64,000 nucleotides of DNA from Tepidisphaera sp. (GTDB lineage Bacteria; Planctomycetota; Phycisphaerae; Phycisphaerales; UBA1924). Both the position numbers and the translations under genes were made by a program. This document shows positions 10,216 through 21,257 of the stretch, in pieces. Below the pieces are notes generated by a model that was not told where the DNA came from, searched no databases, and saw only the letters and a program-made list of their open reading frames with translations. The number at the start of each line of letters is the position of its first letter. Position 1 is the stretch's first letter. The DNA lies in the NCBI GenBank assembly GCA_050916045.1, contig CP051526.1, positions 1,984,001 to 2,048,000 on the forward strand. Direction: 5' to 3'.

Positions 10216-11172
10216 ATGAAGACAATACTTGTCTTGTGTGCATCGTGCATCGCTCTCATGGCCACGATACTGACCTTCGGCGGGCAGCCGGGCGGCGGCA
10301 AGGGCCCGGCGGCCCAGGCCGCGACCCCGGCCTCGCCGCCCAAGACGCCCGAAAGGCCCCTTGCCGAGGAACCGGCGAACCGCCTGACTCCGCCCGCCGA
10401 CGGGAAGATCACCGTCGCCGTCGTGCTCGCGCCGGGGGCCGAGGTGGTCGATTTTGCAGGTCCCTGGGGCGTCTTCGAGTACGCCAATATCCCGAACCTC
10501 GAAAAGAGCCCGTTCGAGTTGTTCACGGTGGCGGAGAGCAGCTCGCCGGTCAAGTGCTCCGGCGGGCTCTCGGTTGTGCCGGACCACACCTTCGCCAACG
10601 CGCCCAAGGCCCGGCTCATCGTGATCCCCGCGATGGGCGAGCCGTCTCCCGCGCTGCTGTCGTGGATCAAAGACGCGTCGAAGCAGACGGACCTCACCAT
10701 GTCCGTGTGCAACGGATCCTTCGTTCTTGCCAAGGCCGGACTGCTCGCGGGCAAGACCGTGACCGCTCATCACGGCGGATACGGCCTTCTCGCCGCGACG
10801 TACCCCGACATCACCGTGAAACGTGGCGCACGCTTTGTTGACGATGGCAATATCTCGACCGCCGGGGGGCTCACCTCGGGCATCGACCTAGCCCTGCACG
10901 TGGTCGAGCGCTACTACGGCCGCGCAGCAGCGGAAGACACCGCCCGAGACCTGGAGTACCAGGGCAACGGCTGGAAGGACCCGAACTCCAACAGCATGTT
11001 TGCAGAGGCGCCTCGCTCGACCGACGAGCACCCGGTGTGCCCGATCTGCGAGATGGCTGTCTCCAAGAGCGGCGCGATCTCCGAGGTCTACAAGGGCCGC
11101 TCGGTGTACTTCTGCGCGGAAGGGTGCAAGAAGGTGTTCGATGCGAACCCGGAGAAATTCCTCAAGCCGTAG
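10216..11172 (+). CDS. Exported DJ-1/PfpI family protein with C-terminal YHS domain
   Basis: Signal peptide; VVDFAGPWGVF, SVCNGS, TAGGLTSGIDLAL; C-term CPICEMAV...YKGRSVYFCAEGCKKVFDANPEKF. Confidence 0.88.
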   Translation: MKTILVLCASCIALMATILTFGGQPGGGKGPAAQAATPASPPKTPERPLAEEPANRLTPPADGKITVAVVLAPGAEVVDFAGPWGVFEYANIPNLEKSPFELFTVAESSSPVKCSGGLSVVPDHTFANAPKARLIVIPAMGEPSPALLSWIKDASKQTDLTMSVCNGSFVLAKAGLLAGKTVTAHHGGYGLLAATYPDITVKRGARFVDDGNISTAGGLTSGIDLALHVVERYYGRAAAEDTARDLEYQGNGWKDPNSNSMFAEAPRSTDEHPVCPICEMAVSKSGAISEVYKGRSVYFCAEGCKKVFDANPEKFLKP

Positions 11173-11882
11173 GGAGCAACGGAGGAGATCCACACCGGCC
11201 GCCCGACTGCCGATGCGGCCTCGCGGCATCGTCTTTTTGTTGCAGAAGGAGCATGCTCGACGAGAAAACGAATGTGAAGTGCATGTCGCGGCTTACTTCG
11301 CGGTGCTTTCGTTGTCCTCACAGGAGGGTGTGTCCCGCCGGGCGGGCATCGCCCCGCGAGCAGGGTCCACCCTTTGGTACTTCGAGCTATGTAAGCGGCG
11401 ACGAGACGCTGGGTTCCATCCATTGGGTCGCTTCGACCGATATGCGCTTCTCGCTACTTATGCATTGAAGCGTCGCTGCGATTCTGTTGCGGAATCGCTT
11501 TCCTTCGACGGACCGAAACAGCATCCGATGGGGCGGCGAACCCTCCCCCATCTCCCTCGCTAGGGAGGAGGCTGTGACCCCTTCACCCCCCCACTCCGTC
11601 CAGATCCACACCCCCCCCACCCCGTGCACTCCGTGTTTCAAAGCCTTTCCTATTCCATGTAAGGAACCGACTCGGTGAGCCGGGCCATCGAAGAGAGCCA
11701 TACCAGCACGGAGCCAGGCCCCACACAACCAAGCCGCCACAGAAATGAGCCACTGAGGAAATCCGCGTTCGCGTTCAAGTCACTCCCCCACCGCCCCGAT
11801 CTCCATGCCAGCATTCTGTCCAAATGTCTGGTGCCGAATGCCTGATGCCCGATGCCTCACGCCTCTTCTTGAAAGGACCCCC

Positions 11883-12599
11883 ATGCCGACCATCCCCACC
11901 AAGAACCTCGAAGCCCTGATCTTCTGCGAAGACCACCAGCTCGTGTTTATGGCACAGGCTGCTAATATTGGTTTGTCCGTGCCGCAAGCCACACTTTTCA
12001 AGAACGACACCCTCGCGGCCCGCACCCTCTGGAACTCGTACAACACCGCGGTCGAAGCCGCCCGTGTCGCGGGCGTCGCCATGCGTGACGGGCTGAGCAA
12101 GATGCGTGACAGCGGCGGGGACTGCATCAACCTCATCCGCGCCTTCGCCGACACGCAGGCCAACCCCAACACCGTCTACAACCTCGCCCAGTTGCCGCCC
12201 CCCGCCGTCCCCTCGCCCGCCGCACCCCCCGGCACGCCCACCGAGTTCAAGGTCGGGCTCAACGGCGACGGCAGCGTCACGCTCAAGTGGAAGTGCGCCA
12301 ACCCCGCCGGGACCTCCGGCACCGTCTACAACGTCTACCGCAGGCCCGCCGGGACGCCCGAATCCGCGTACGCCCCCATCGGCGTCGTCGGCACGAGGAC
12401 CTTCACCGACACCACCATCCCCGCCAGCAGCGCAGCCACCGGCGGCGTCATCTACAAGGTCGTCGCCCAGCGCGCCGAGATCTCCGGCACCCCCTCGCCC
12501 GAACTCAACGTCTACTTCGGATTCGGCGGAGGCGGGGGCTTTACGATCTCGAGCGTCACCAGCAACAACCAGCCCGTGGCCTTCAAGAACGCAGCATAG
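11883..12599 (+). CDS. Hypothetical protein: helical N-terminus plus FN3-like C-terminal domain
   Basis: AAAGGA RBS; PPGTPTEFKV...GSVTLKW...VYNVYRR...FTDTT...YKVVAQR beta-sandwich pattern. Confidence 0.75.
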   Translation: MPTIPTKNLEALIFCEDHQLVFMAQAANIGLSVPQATLFKNDTLAARTLWNSYNTAVEAARVAGVAMRDGLSKMRDSGGDCINLIRAFADTQANPNTVYNLAQLPPPAVPSPAAPPGTPTEFKVGLNGDGSVTLKWKCANPAGTSGTVYNVYRRPAGTPESAYAPIGVVGTRTFTDTTIPASSAATGGVIYKVVAQRAEISGTPSPELNVYFGFGGGGGFTISSVTSNNQPVAFKNAA

Positions 12600-12679
12600 G
12601 ACGGCACAACGTCAAAGGGGCACGCGCAGGGCTCGTCGTCTTCGCCTTCCACCAGTGCCCAGTGCCTAGTGCCTCCCCC

Positions 12680-13561
12680 TCAACACCCCGCCTCAAACGC
12701 ACCCACAAAGTCCGTGTAATCAAAGAAGTCCACGAACCCGTCGCGATTAAAATCAGCACTGCCCCCGCCACACCCCGCCCCCTCAAAGCACGCGACATAA
12801 TCGCCGTAGTCAAAGAAGTCCACGAACCCATCGCCGTTGAAGTCCGCCGCGCACCCGCCGCCCCGGATCACATCGATCGACAGGTTGTCCCACCCCACCT
12901 GCCAGAAGTTAAACCCGTAGAAGAACCCGGGCACGAACGTCGTGATGTCCACCTGGCCCACGCCCGCTCCGAACGCGCCGAGCACATCCGCGTACGTCAC
13001 GCCCGCGGGAAGCTCCGGCTCGAACGTCACCGGGTCTTCCGCCCCCGTCCCGCCCCAACCCGCCGGCAGCGCAAGCCCCGTCGGATCCGGAATGTCGAAC
13101 GTCACCCGCGTCCACCCCGCTTCGACCGGGGGCAAGCTCGGCCCGATCGTGTACACCGACACGATGCCGTCGGAGGGGATGTCGTAGTTCCAGAACTGAA
13201 GCACGAGCGGATAGTTCGTCGGGTCGATTGGCTCCCCGGCAAAGTCCACCAGCGCGAACACCCGCACATCCACGCTGATGCGAAGCGACCCACCCCCCAC
13301 GACGTAACGCCGCAGGTCCCCGTACACGCGGCTCGCGTCCTCGCGGGCGCTCAGCGTCACGCCGAAGAAGTCCGCGAGCGGCACACCCATGTACCGCCCC
13401 GGGTTCCCATCCGAATCAAAGATCGTCGCGATCCCGTTCGCCGTCCATCCCGACGCTTCCCCGTCCTCGAAATCAAGGAACAGGATGTTCTCGTCGGCCC
13501 TGGCCGCGCCCGCCAGCCCCGCCGTTCCGACCAGGATCGCCGCCATCATCGAGTTACGCAT
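12680..13561 (-). CDS. Secreted protein with C-terminal GC-type dockerin-like domain
   Basis: GGAGG RBS; signal peptide; C-term [16 protein letters not shown]...FEAGC. Confidence 0.88.
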   Translation of the reverse strand: MRNSMMAAILVGTAGLAGAARADENILFLDFEDGEASGWTANGIATIFDSDGNPGRYMGVPLADFFGVTLSAREDASRVYGDLRRYVVGGGSLRISVDVRVFALVDFAGEPIDPTNYPLVLQFWNYDIPSDGIVSVYTIGPSLPPVEAGWTRVTFDIPDPTGLALPAGWGGTGAEDPVTFEPELPAGVTYADVLGAFGAGVGQVDITTFVPGFFYGFNFWQVGWDNLSIDVIRGGGCAADFNGDGFVDFFDYGDYVACFEGAGCGGGSADFNRDGFVDFFDYTDFVGAFEAGC

Positions 13562-13727
13562 CGCACACCTCCGGAATCACCCACGGATGTCCGCTCGAAC
13601 GTCGAGCGTTGCCTTCATCTTAGGAATTCACCCCGAGCGCGTTCACGGTCCGAGCCCCGACATACCCTCTGGAATGCCCGGCCAACGAAGGCCCGGCCGC
13701 GCCCCCTCGCTTTCAAGAAGCCACCCC

Positions 13728-15494
13728 ATGACATCCATCGCCGATCAACTCGGTTCCCCCGACAACGGCCCCAACGCCACTCCTCCGAGCACCGCCACCG
13801 GCCTCCCGCCCGTCTCCTCCCCCGGCCACGGCCCGCGCCCAGTCCGCGCCGACCGCGGCACCACCCTCACCTGCAAGACCTGGCAAGCGGAAGCCGCTCT
13901 CCGCATGCTCATGAACAACCTCGACCCCGACGTCGCCGAACGCCCCGACGACCTCGTCGTCTACGGCGGTCGCGGCCAAGCCGCCCGCAACTGGGCCTGC
14001 TTTGACGCCATCTGCTCGACCCTCCGCCGCCTCGAGCCCGACGAGACCCTGCTCGTCCAGTCCGGCAAGCCCGTCGGCGTCATCAAGACCCACACCGACG
14101 CCCCGCGCGTCCTCCTCGCCAACTCCAACCTCGTCCCCCACTGGGCCACGCAGAAGCACTTTGACGACCTGGCCGCCAAAGGCCTCATGATGTACGGCCA
14201 GATGACCGCCGGCTCATGGATCTACATCGGCACCCAGGGCATCCTGCAAGGCACCTACGAGACCTTCGCCGAGCTCGCCCGCCAGCATTTCTCCCCGGCC
14301 AAAGGCGGCGACGGAACCCTCGCCGGCAAGCTCTGCGTCACCGGCGGCTGCGGCGGCATGGGCGGCGCCCAGCCCCTCTCGATCACCCTCAACGGCGGCA
14401 CCTGTCTCATCGCCGACGTCGACCACACGCGCCTCGACCGCCGCGTCGAGACCCGCTACCTCGACGAGATCAACGAAGACCTCGACGATGCCATCGACCT
14501 CGCGATGGACTACGCCTCGCGCAAGGTCGCCCGCTCGATCGGCGTCAACTGCAACGCCGTTGAGATGCTCGAACGTCTCATCGAGCGAGGCATCACCCCC
14601 GACGCCCTCACCGACCAGACCTCCGCGCACGACCCCCTCACCGGCTACGTCCCCCTCGAAATGACCGCCGAGGAAGCCAAGATCTACCGCCAGCGCTTCC
14701 CCGAGGAATACACCAAGCTCTCCCTCGCCACCATCGCCCGCCACGTGCGAGCCATGCTCGAGCTCCAGTCCCGCGGCGCGATCACGTTCGACTACGGCAA
14801 CAACATCCGCCAAAGGGCTCTCGACCAGGGCGTCACCAACGCGTTCGACTTCCCCGGCTTCGTCCCCGCCTTCATCCGGCCCCAGTTCTGCGAAGGCCGC
14901 GGCCCCTTCCGCTGGTGCGCCCTCTCCGGCGACCCCGAAGACATCTACACGACCGACCGCGAACTTCTCAAGCTCTTCCCGGACAACCTCGGCCTCCGCC
15001 GCTGGCTCACCCTCGCGCGCGAACGCGTCGCGTTCCAGGGCCTCCCCGCCCGGATCTGCTGGCTCGGCTACCGCGAGCGCGATCAAGCCGGCCTCCTCTT
15101 CAACGACCTCGTCAAGACCGGCCGCGTGAAAGCCCCCATCGTCATCGGCCGCGACCACCTCGACTGCGGCTCGGTCGCTTCCCCCAACCGCGAAACCGAA
15201 GCCATGAAAGACGGCACCGACGCCGTCTCCGACTGGGCCCTCCTCAACTTCGCCGTCAACATCGCTTCCGGCGCCTCCTGGGTCTCCTTCCACCACGGCG
15301 GCGGCGTCGGCATCGGCTACTCACAGCACGCCGGCCAGGTCGTCGTCGCCGACGGCACGGCTGAAGCCGCCGCACGCATCAAACGCGTCCTCACCAACGA
15401 CCCCGCCATGGGCGTCTTCCGCCACGCCGACGCCGGCTACGAAGAAGCGATGCTCTGCGCCAAACAACGCGGCGCGGACATTCCGATGTCTTGA
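13728..15494 (+). CDS. hutU: Urocanate hydratase
   Basis: [70 protein letters not shown]. Confidence 0.98.
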   Translation: MTSIADQLGSPDNGPNATPPSTATGLPPVSSPGHGPRPVRADRGTTLTCKTWQAEAALRMLMNNLDPDVAERPDDLVVYGGRGQAARNWACFDAICSTLRRLEPDETLLVQSGKPVGVIKTHTDAPRVLLANSNLVPHWATQKHFDDLAAKGLMMYGQMTAGSWIYIGTQGILQGTYETFAELARQHFSPAKGGDGTLAGKLCVTGGCGGMGGAQPLSITLNGGTCLIADVDHTRLDRRVETRYLDEINEDLDDAIDLAMDYASRKVARSIGVNCNAVEMLERLIERGITPDALTDQTSAHDPLTGYVPLEMTAEEAKIYRQRFPEEYTKLSLATIARHVRAMLELQSRGAITFDYGNNIRQRALDQGVTNAFDFPGFVPAFIRPQFCEGRGPFRWCALSGDPEDIYTTDRELLKLFPDNLGLRRWLTLARERVAFQGLPARICWLGYRERDQAGLLFNDLVKTGRVKAPIVIGRDHLDCGSVASPNRETEAMKDGTDAVSDWALLNFAVNIASGASWVSFHHGGGVGIGYSQHAGQVVVADGTAEAAARIKRVLTNDPAMGVFRHADAGYEEAMLCAKQRGADIPMS

Positions 15495-15549
15495 CTCCTC
15501 CCCCGCCCCCGGCGGGGGAGGTGGCCGAGCGCAGCAAGGCCGGAGGGGG
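15494..15549. repeat. REP-like palindromic element, family B (copies at 15494, 32011, 32669)
   Basis: ACTCCTCCCCCG..CGGGGGAGGTG(G)CCGAG...AGGC(C)GGAGGGGG double hairpin occurs three times. Confidence 0.8.
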
Positions 15550-15577
15550 TTTGTCGTTCTTGGTACGATCAAGCCCC

Positions 15578-16267
15578 ATGAATCCCTCCTCCCTCTCCAT
15601 CATCCGCGCCGCAGCAAGCGAATCGCTCTTCGACGAAGAGGGCCAACCGCTCACGCTCACCCTCACCGATCCGGTCGAATCGTCCGAATCCGATCCCGAC
15701 CTATCCGAATTGCTCGCCGCGTGCTCGGGGTTCAAGCTCGGACTCTGGGAAGACATGAATTTCGTCAAGACTCGTTACAGCGGGACAGGCGATTTTCTCG
15801 ACTCGTTCTTTCCCGACTGGATCGAACTCTGCATGGAAGCGACCGGAGACGACTACGTTCTCGAGTTGCCACCCGTCGGCTCAGAAGGCCAGCCTGGCCC
15901 CGTGTGGTTCGTCTGCCATGATCCTCCAGCCATCGTTCTCATCGCGAACACGCTCGCCGAGTTCCTGAAAATCTTCTTCGATCGATTCCGCAAGGTTCGT
16001 CGGTACGCCAATACCGCCCTCGACGACGCATTCGATCTCGCGATGAAAATGTGGGATAACGACATGCGAGGCGTGCCGTCCTCCAAGGCTGCGAACTCCC
16101 CCGATCCCGAACTCCAGGCACTCAGCCGCAAGCTCGGCCCCAAAGCATGGATCCACGACACGCGATCCATGCAGCCTCGCCAAGGATTTCAGTGGGAGAT
16201 AACGGAGGAATACGAACCCGTCCAGTTCGTTAAAGACTACCGCGTCCGTGGCGGACCGACCGACTAA
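15578..16267 (+). CDS. SMI1/KNR4-like (immunity-type) hypothetical protein
   Basis: TGDDYVLEL...GPVWFVCHDPPAIVLIANTLAEFL resembles the SMI1/KNR4 C-terminal pattern. Confidence 0.6.
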   Translation: MNPSSLSIIRAAASESLFDEEGQPLTLTLTDPVESSESDPDLSELLAACSGFKLGLWEDMNFVKTRYSGTGDFLDSFFPDWIELCMEATGDDYVLELPPVGSEGQPGPVWFVCHDPPAIVLIANTLAEFLKIFFDRFRKVRRYANTALDDAFDLAMKMWDNDMRGVPSSKAANSPDPELQALSRKLGPKAWIHDTRSMQPRQGFQWEITEEYEPVQFVKDYRVRGGPTD

Positions 16268-16271
16268 CTTC

Positions 16272-16790
16272 TCACTCCTCCACCAGGTACTTCCCCGCCA
16301 GCTTCGGATACCGCCGGCGCATCTCCCCCTCATCATCAAAATCAAACTCCGCCCCCGCAGGCTCCTTCGGCTGCTTGATCTTCGAAGCCAAAGCCCTCCC
16401 CGCCACCTGCTCGTACACATCCGCCGCCACATACGCGAGCGATTCAAACTCGCAGATCCCATCATCGCTGAGGCCCATCGGCGCCCCCGCCAGCGAATCC
16501 GGATCCGCCAACGCAGCCTCGTACGTCTTCTTCCCCGTCGCAATCAGCCAATTTCGGAAGTACTCAAACCCATCGTCCGAGCACCCCCCCGCCATCAGAT
16601 ACGCCGCCCCCCACAGGTCCCACCGATACGCAGCATTGCGCAGCTCCCGCAGCACCGTGTCAAACCCCAGGATCTCCTCCGCCTCAAGCTCCCCCAAAGC
16701 TTCCGCGAGCGCCTCGCACATCCCCTCCTGATCGTTCTTCCCCGCTTTGCGAGCCGCTTCAATCATCGCCCAGAACACGTCGTGTTTCAT
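16272..16790 (-). CDS. DUF4240 domain protein
   Basis: FWAMIEAAR...LWGAAYLMAGGCSDDGFEYFRNWLIATG..YEAAL.DPDSL...YPKL. Confidence 0.85.
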   Translation of the reverse strand: MKHDVFWAMIEAARKAGKNDQEGMCEALAEALGELEAEEILGFDTVLRELRNAAYRWDLWGAAYLMAGGCSDDGFEYFRNWLIATGKKTYEAALADPDSLAGAPMGLSDDGICEFESLAYVAADVYEQVAGRALASKIKQPKEPAGAEFDFDDEGEMRRRYPKLAGKYLVEE

Positions 16791-17080
16791 AGCCCATCGT
16801 ACGAACCCGCACCAGGCCGCGAAATCCCGCCTGATCCCTGTTCCAACAGCGATCCCGCCGCCCCCATCCACGCCGCAACCCCTCAAGCCTGCCTCGGTAA
16901 GCTCAGGCCCCGTTCGCAGCAATACCCACACGTTCCAAAATTGGCCCGAATGTGAATTTCGCGTAAACACGAATCCGACCGAGAATCCACCTCGAACTAA
17001 CCCGTAATCCGGACCGCGAGCCCAGGCCCTCTGGCGAAATCGGACGCGGAGCGTCTTCCGGGAAACCAAGGAGTAGGAAA

Positions 17081-18769
17081 GTGCGCCCCATTCGTTCGCC
17101 ATTGTTTTGGCTTCCCGCCCTCATTGCCGGAATCGCGCCCTGTGCACACGCCCAGCCCGAAGCCATCGACGTCGGGGCCTTCGCCGCCCCCGCCTCCCCC
17201 TTCTCCACCCGCGAGTACGTCGAAATCCCCTTTGACACCTTCGACTTCGGCTTTGACGGTCAGGCCGAGACCCTGACCGTCAAGTGGCTCCGCTTCGAGC
17301 TCACCGAGCCCATCTCCGGCGACCTCTTCCTCGACATCGATAGCCGCATCTACTCGCTGGAAACCGCCGGCGATCTCTTCATGGCCCTCTACGACGCACA
17401 GGGCAACCTCATCGCCACCGACGACACCGACGGCAGCTTTCCCGTGGGCTTCGCCGCCGGCCTCTCCTTCGGCTCTTCGGCCTTCCGCTCACCCCCCGAC
17501 ACCCCCGCCCTCGCAGGCCAGGACGGTGCCGAGCTCCCCGCCGGCACCTACTACTTCGCCCTCGTCGCCGGCAACGCGTCGAACGTCACGGCCGAGAACA
17601 CCAACTGGAACATCTCGACGACCGCTTCGGTTCCCCTGGGCCTCTTCGCTCCGGGCACCTTCTACCTCGAGCTCTCCTTCGCCGTCGGCAACACGACGCC
17701 GCTCCCTCCGCCCGCCAACGACAACTGTACCGACGCGCTCGCCATCGGCGAAAGCGCCGCTCCGGGCGAGCCCGTGTGGACCGGCTCCAACGCCGGCGCG
17801 ACTGCCGACGGTGATTTCCCCTGCTACACCCGAGACGGCGGCCCCGCGCTGCGTCCCAAGGACCTCTGGTTCCTCTACACCCCCTCCGCTTCCGGTCTCG
17901 CCGAGGTTGTCGCCACCGGAGGCGCGGGCGGCGCAGCCACGCCCATCCTCGATCGCTACGCGGGCGTCTGCGGATCCGGCAGCATCCAGTGCGTGGGCGG
18001 CGCCAGCATCGTCTTCGGCGAGGGCACCCGCATGGCCTTCCCCGTCACCGCGGGCGAGCCCGTCCTGATCGCCCTGGGCATCCGCGCCGGCCAGACCGGC
18101 CCCATGGAGCTCTTCGTCAACCTCATCGACCAACCCTGCGACTTCACCGCGCCCGCCAACGCCGTCCCCGAGTCCGAAGCCTTCTGCGGCGACTCCTCGA
18201 ACGACGGCTGCAACGTCACCCCCTTCGCGTTCGACCAGCTCGAGGTCGGCCGCCCGGTCGTCGGCACCCTCTTCAACTCCACCACCCTGCGCGACGTCGA
18301 TTTCTTCGAGTTCACGCTCGCCCAGCCCGCCACCGTCACGCTCACCTTCTCCGCCCAGTACTTCTCTGTCGCCACCATCATCGGCGAAGAGTTCTCCCCG
18401 GGCTCCTGCTTCGGCGATGCCGCTCTTTTCCTTGAACAGCTCGACGCCGCCAGCCTCTGCGAGCCGGTTTCCGGCTCCGTCGAGCTCGACGCCGGCACGC
18501 ACCGCCTCGCCATCGCCCACGCCTACTTCGACGGCCTCGAGTGCGGCTCGGGCTTTGAAAACTACTGGCTCCGCATCGACGCCCAGAGCGCCTGCCCCGC
18601 CGACTTCAACGGCGACGCCTTCATCGACTTCTTCGACTACACCGACTTCGTCGGCTGCTTCGAGGGCGATCTCTGCCCGGGCGGCCGCACCGCCGACTTC
18701 AACGGCGACGACTTCGTCGACTTCTTCGACTACTCCAACTTCGTCCAGGCTTTCGAAGCCGGCTGCTGA
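17081..18769 (+). CDS. Large secreted multi-domain protein with GC-type dockerin-like C-terminus
   Basis: Signal peptide; PPANDNC.DA and DLWFLYTP repeat-module motifs; CPADFNGDAFIDFFDY...FEAGC. Confidence 0.9.
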   Translation: MRPIRSPLFWLPALIAGIAPCAHAQPEAIDVGAFAAPASPFSTREYVEIPFDTFDFGFDGQAETLTVKWLRFELTEPISGDLFLDIDSRIYSLETAGDLFMALYDAQGNLIATDDTDGSFPVGFAAGLSFGSSAFRSPPDTPALAGQDGAELPAGTYYFALVAGNASNVTAENTNWNISTTASVPLGLFAPGTFYLELSFAVGNTTPLPPPANDNCTDALAIGESAAPGEPVWTGSNAGATADGDFPCYTRDGGPALRPKDLWFLYTPSASGLAEVVATGGAGGAATPILDRYAGVCGSGSIQCVGGASIVFGEGTRMAFPVTAGEPVLIALGIRAGQTGPMELFVNLIDQPCDFTAPANAVPESEAFCGDSSNDGCNVTPFAFDQLEVGRPVVGTLFNSTTLRDVDFFEFTLAQPATVTLTFSAQYFSVATIIGEEFSPGSCFGDAALFLEQLDAASLCEPVSGSVELDAGTHRLAIAHAYFDGLECGSGFENYWLRIDAQSACPADFNGDAFIDFFDYTDFVGCFEGDLCPGGRTADFNGDDFVDFFDYSNFVQAFEAGC

Positions 18770-18856
18770 TCCAAGGCAACACGAAGTTTGACCCGAACCT
18801 CATCGGCGACTCGGCGAAAGCCCGGTCGCCGGTGTTCTTTTTGACTCCCCGCTCCG

Positions 18857-19765
18857 CTACCGCTTCAGCCCCATCACAAAGCACAAGAACATGTGCGCCG
18901 CCACCCGCGCCGTCCGCCCGCCCTCATCATGCCTCGGGCAAAGCTCCATGATGTCAAAGCACACCGGCTCCCCCGACGCCGCAAGCTGCGTCAGCGTCCC
19001 AGACACCTGCCCCGTCCCAAGCCCCGACGGATTCATCGCCGAAACCCCCGGCGCAAACGACTGATCAAAAACATCCAGATCCAAGCTCACAAACGCCGCA
19101 TCCACCTTCGCCGGCGGCCCACCACCAAGCGGCTTCCCATTGATCGCCCCGCCCTTGCTCGCGAAATACTCAAGGTGCTCCCTGCTGTTCACAAACGACG
19201 ACGCACCCACGCAGTTCAAGGACGCAAGCTTGCAATCCTCGATCAGCCTCCGAAAGGGCATCCCGCTCCCCACCTCTTCACGCACATCCAGGTGCGCATC
19301 AAAGTACACCCCGCCGAACGCCGCCTGCGGCCTCTTCTTCCGCACATGCACCACCGCCGCCCGCACAAACGGATACGTCAGATCATGCCCGCCCCCCACC
19401 GCGATCGGAAAGAGCCCCGCTTCATGCAGCGAGAGAGCCGCTTCCGTCACCCGCCGATGCGTCTCTTCCAGCGCCCTGGCATCATCCCCCTCCGCCGGCA
19501 CCACATCCCCCGCATCAAACACCGCGGGCCACGCGAAGCCCGCTGGCTCCGCCGTCCCGTACTTCGCAAGCGCCGCTCGAAAAGCCGTCGGCCCCTCGCT
19601 CGCCCCCGGCCGCCCGCCATTCATCCGCACCCCAAGATCGTCCGGCAACCCGATCAGCCCCACGCGACACCCCTCATGCGAATCCCGCCTGATCCGCGAA
19701 GCCATCCGCCCCGCGGAAATCCCCTCTGGCCAAACCCCAGGACGAACATGCGGAATTGCAGCCAT
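18857..19765 (-). CDS. hutG: Formimidoylglutamase (arginase family)
   Basis: GVRMNGGRPGA.EGP, GGGHD, FDAHLD, SGMPFR, LDLDVFD..APGVSA, DIMELCP; other hut genes nearby. Confidence 0.9.
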   Translation of the reverse strand: MAAIPHVRPGVWPEGISAGRMASRIRRDSHEGCRVGLIGLPDDLGVRMNGGRPGASEGPTAFRAALAKYGTAEPAGFAWPAVFDAGDVVPAEGDDARALEETHRRVTEAALSLHEAGLFPIAVGGGHDLTYPFVRAAVVHVRKKRPQAAFGGVYFDAHLDVREEVGSGMPFRRLIEDCKLASLNCVGASSFVNSREHLEYFASKGGAINGKPLGGGPPAKVDAAFVSLDLDVFDQSFAPGVSAMNPSGLGTGQVSGTLTQLAASGEPVCFDIMELCPRHDEGGRTARVAAHMFLCFVMGLKR

Positions 19766-19798
19766 ACTCACATCTCCAATTTCAAATTTCAGATGGTC

Positions 19799-20980
19799 TC
19801 ATCTTCCCCGCCCCTTCGGATCCAGCCGCTCCCTCATCGCCTCCCCCACAAAGTTCAGCGACACCAGCGTCACACCAAGCATCACGCACGGGAAAACCAA
19901 AAGCCACCAGTTCGACCGGTACGGATTCAGCTCCGGCAACGCATCCGCCGCCAGCGTCCCCCAACTCGGAAGCGGCGGCTTTACACCCATCCCCAGAAAG
20001 CTCAGGAACGACTCCTGCAAGATCGCCTGCGGCACCATCAGCGTCGCATACACCACGATCGGCCCCACCAGATTCGGCAACAGATGCCGCACGAAAATCC
20101 GCGTCGGCGAAGCTCCCACCGCCCGCGCCGCATCCACAAACGGCCGCGCCTTCAGCGAAATCACCTGCCCACGAATCACCCGCGCCATCGTCAGCCAGCT
20201 CACCCCGCCGATCGCCGCGAACAAAAGCGTCAGATCAATCGCCGTCCGCGGCACCGGAAGCACCCGCGGCGGATGCTCCTCCGCCGCTCGCTTCTCCAGC
20301 GCCAACATCGCCTGCCGATCGCCCGCCGTCACCCCCGCAGTTTCCGCCTGCCGCTCCACCCACGCCCGCCGCTCCCCGTTCCGATTCACGTAGTTGTCCA
20401 CCGCCGCATCACTCGCCACCGCAAGCAGCACCACAAGCAGCACCGTCGGCAGCCCGTACATCACATCCACCACCCGCATCATCACCGAATCCACCCGACC
20501 GCCCACATACCCCGCCATCGCCCCATACGTCACCCCGATCACCACCGCCACCGCCGACGCTCCCAACCCCACCAAAAGCGAAATCGCCCCGCCCACAAGC
20601 AGCCGCCACGCCAGACTCCGCCCCAGCACATCCGACCCAAGCACAAAACTCGGCCACGCCGCCCGAAGCTCCGCCCGCACCCCCGGGTCCTCCGTCGTCT
20701 CAATCGCACCCGCAGCAATCCCGTGCTTCCGCGCAATCTCCTCCCGCACCTCCGCCGCCACCGCCCGGTCCCGCTGCCGCGCCGTCACCTCATCCACATC
20801 GCCGCCCCAATACCACGCCGGCGCCATCCGCGCCGCCCCCGTCTCCCCGCTCGCATAACGCCCGCCCCCGCCGCCTCCAACACCCCACGGCAACGACCCC
20901 ACACATACCACCACAATCAGCGCAAGCAGCATCCCCGCCACCCACCCACGCCCAAACCACGCTCGCCATCCAGTCTTCAC
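19799..20980 (-). CDS. Oligopeptide/dipeptide ABC transporter permease (OppC/DppC-like); start uncertain
   Basis: LGSDVLGRS, AGYVGGRVDSVMMRVVD, ARVIRGQ..FVDAARAVGAS..I..RHLLPN, ESFLSFLG. Confidence 0.9.
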   Translation of the reverse strand: MKTGWRAWFGRGWVAGMLLALIVVVCVGSLPWGVGGGGGGRYASGETGAARMAPAWYWGGDVDEVTARQRDRAVAAEVREEIARKHGIAAGAIETTEDPGVRAELRAAWPSFVLGSDVLGRSLAWRLLVGGAISLLVGLGASAVAVVIGVTYGAMAGYVGGRVDSVMMRVVDVMYGLPTVLLVVLLAVASDAAVDNYVNRNGERRAWVERQAETAGVTAGDRQAMLALEKRAAEEHPPRVLPVPRTAIDLTLLFAAIGGVSWLTMARVIRGQVISLKARPFVDAARAVGASPTRIFVRHLLPNLVGPIVVYATLMVPQAILQESFLSFLGMGVKPPLPSWGTLAADALPELNPYRSNWWLLVFPCVMLGVTLVSLNFVGEAMRERLDPKGRGR

Positions 20981-21257
20981 GCGCCCGGAGGTTAGCACAA
21001 CCCACGCCCCCGCAACGCCTGCAACGGTCTTCCTCCTCCACGAGCCCGCAACGCAAGCAAGGGATAACCCGACAGACTCCCCACACCCCAACAACGCCAG
21101 CAAGGGTCTCCGCCTAAATCGCGATCACATTGGTGTGCGCCACGGACGCGAAGGATGCCGTTTGTGCGCATCGTCCTCAGCACCAACACGGCCACCGAAT
21201 TTCGTGAGCGCCCGCCGCCCCGATCGCCGAAAAGCTCTCCCCACCCCGGAGCACCCC

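Noticed and set aside
11676..11752. Recurring AGCC motif array upstream of the FN3-like gene
   Set aside because: Spacing is irregular (16-20 nt) and the motif is too short to be significant
18893..20995. Long shadow ORFs (also 12287-14005, 35875-37848, 59021-61090 and the 5' part of 61193-63622)
   Set aside because: Antisense or off-frame products of high-GC skewed DNA overlapping well-supported genes
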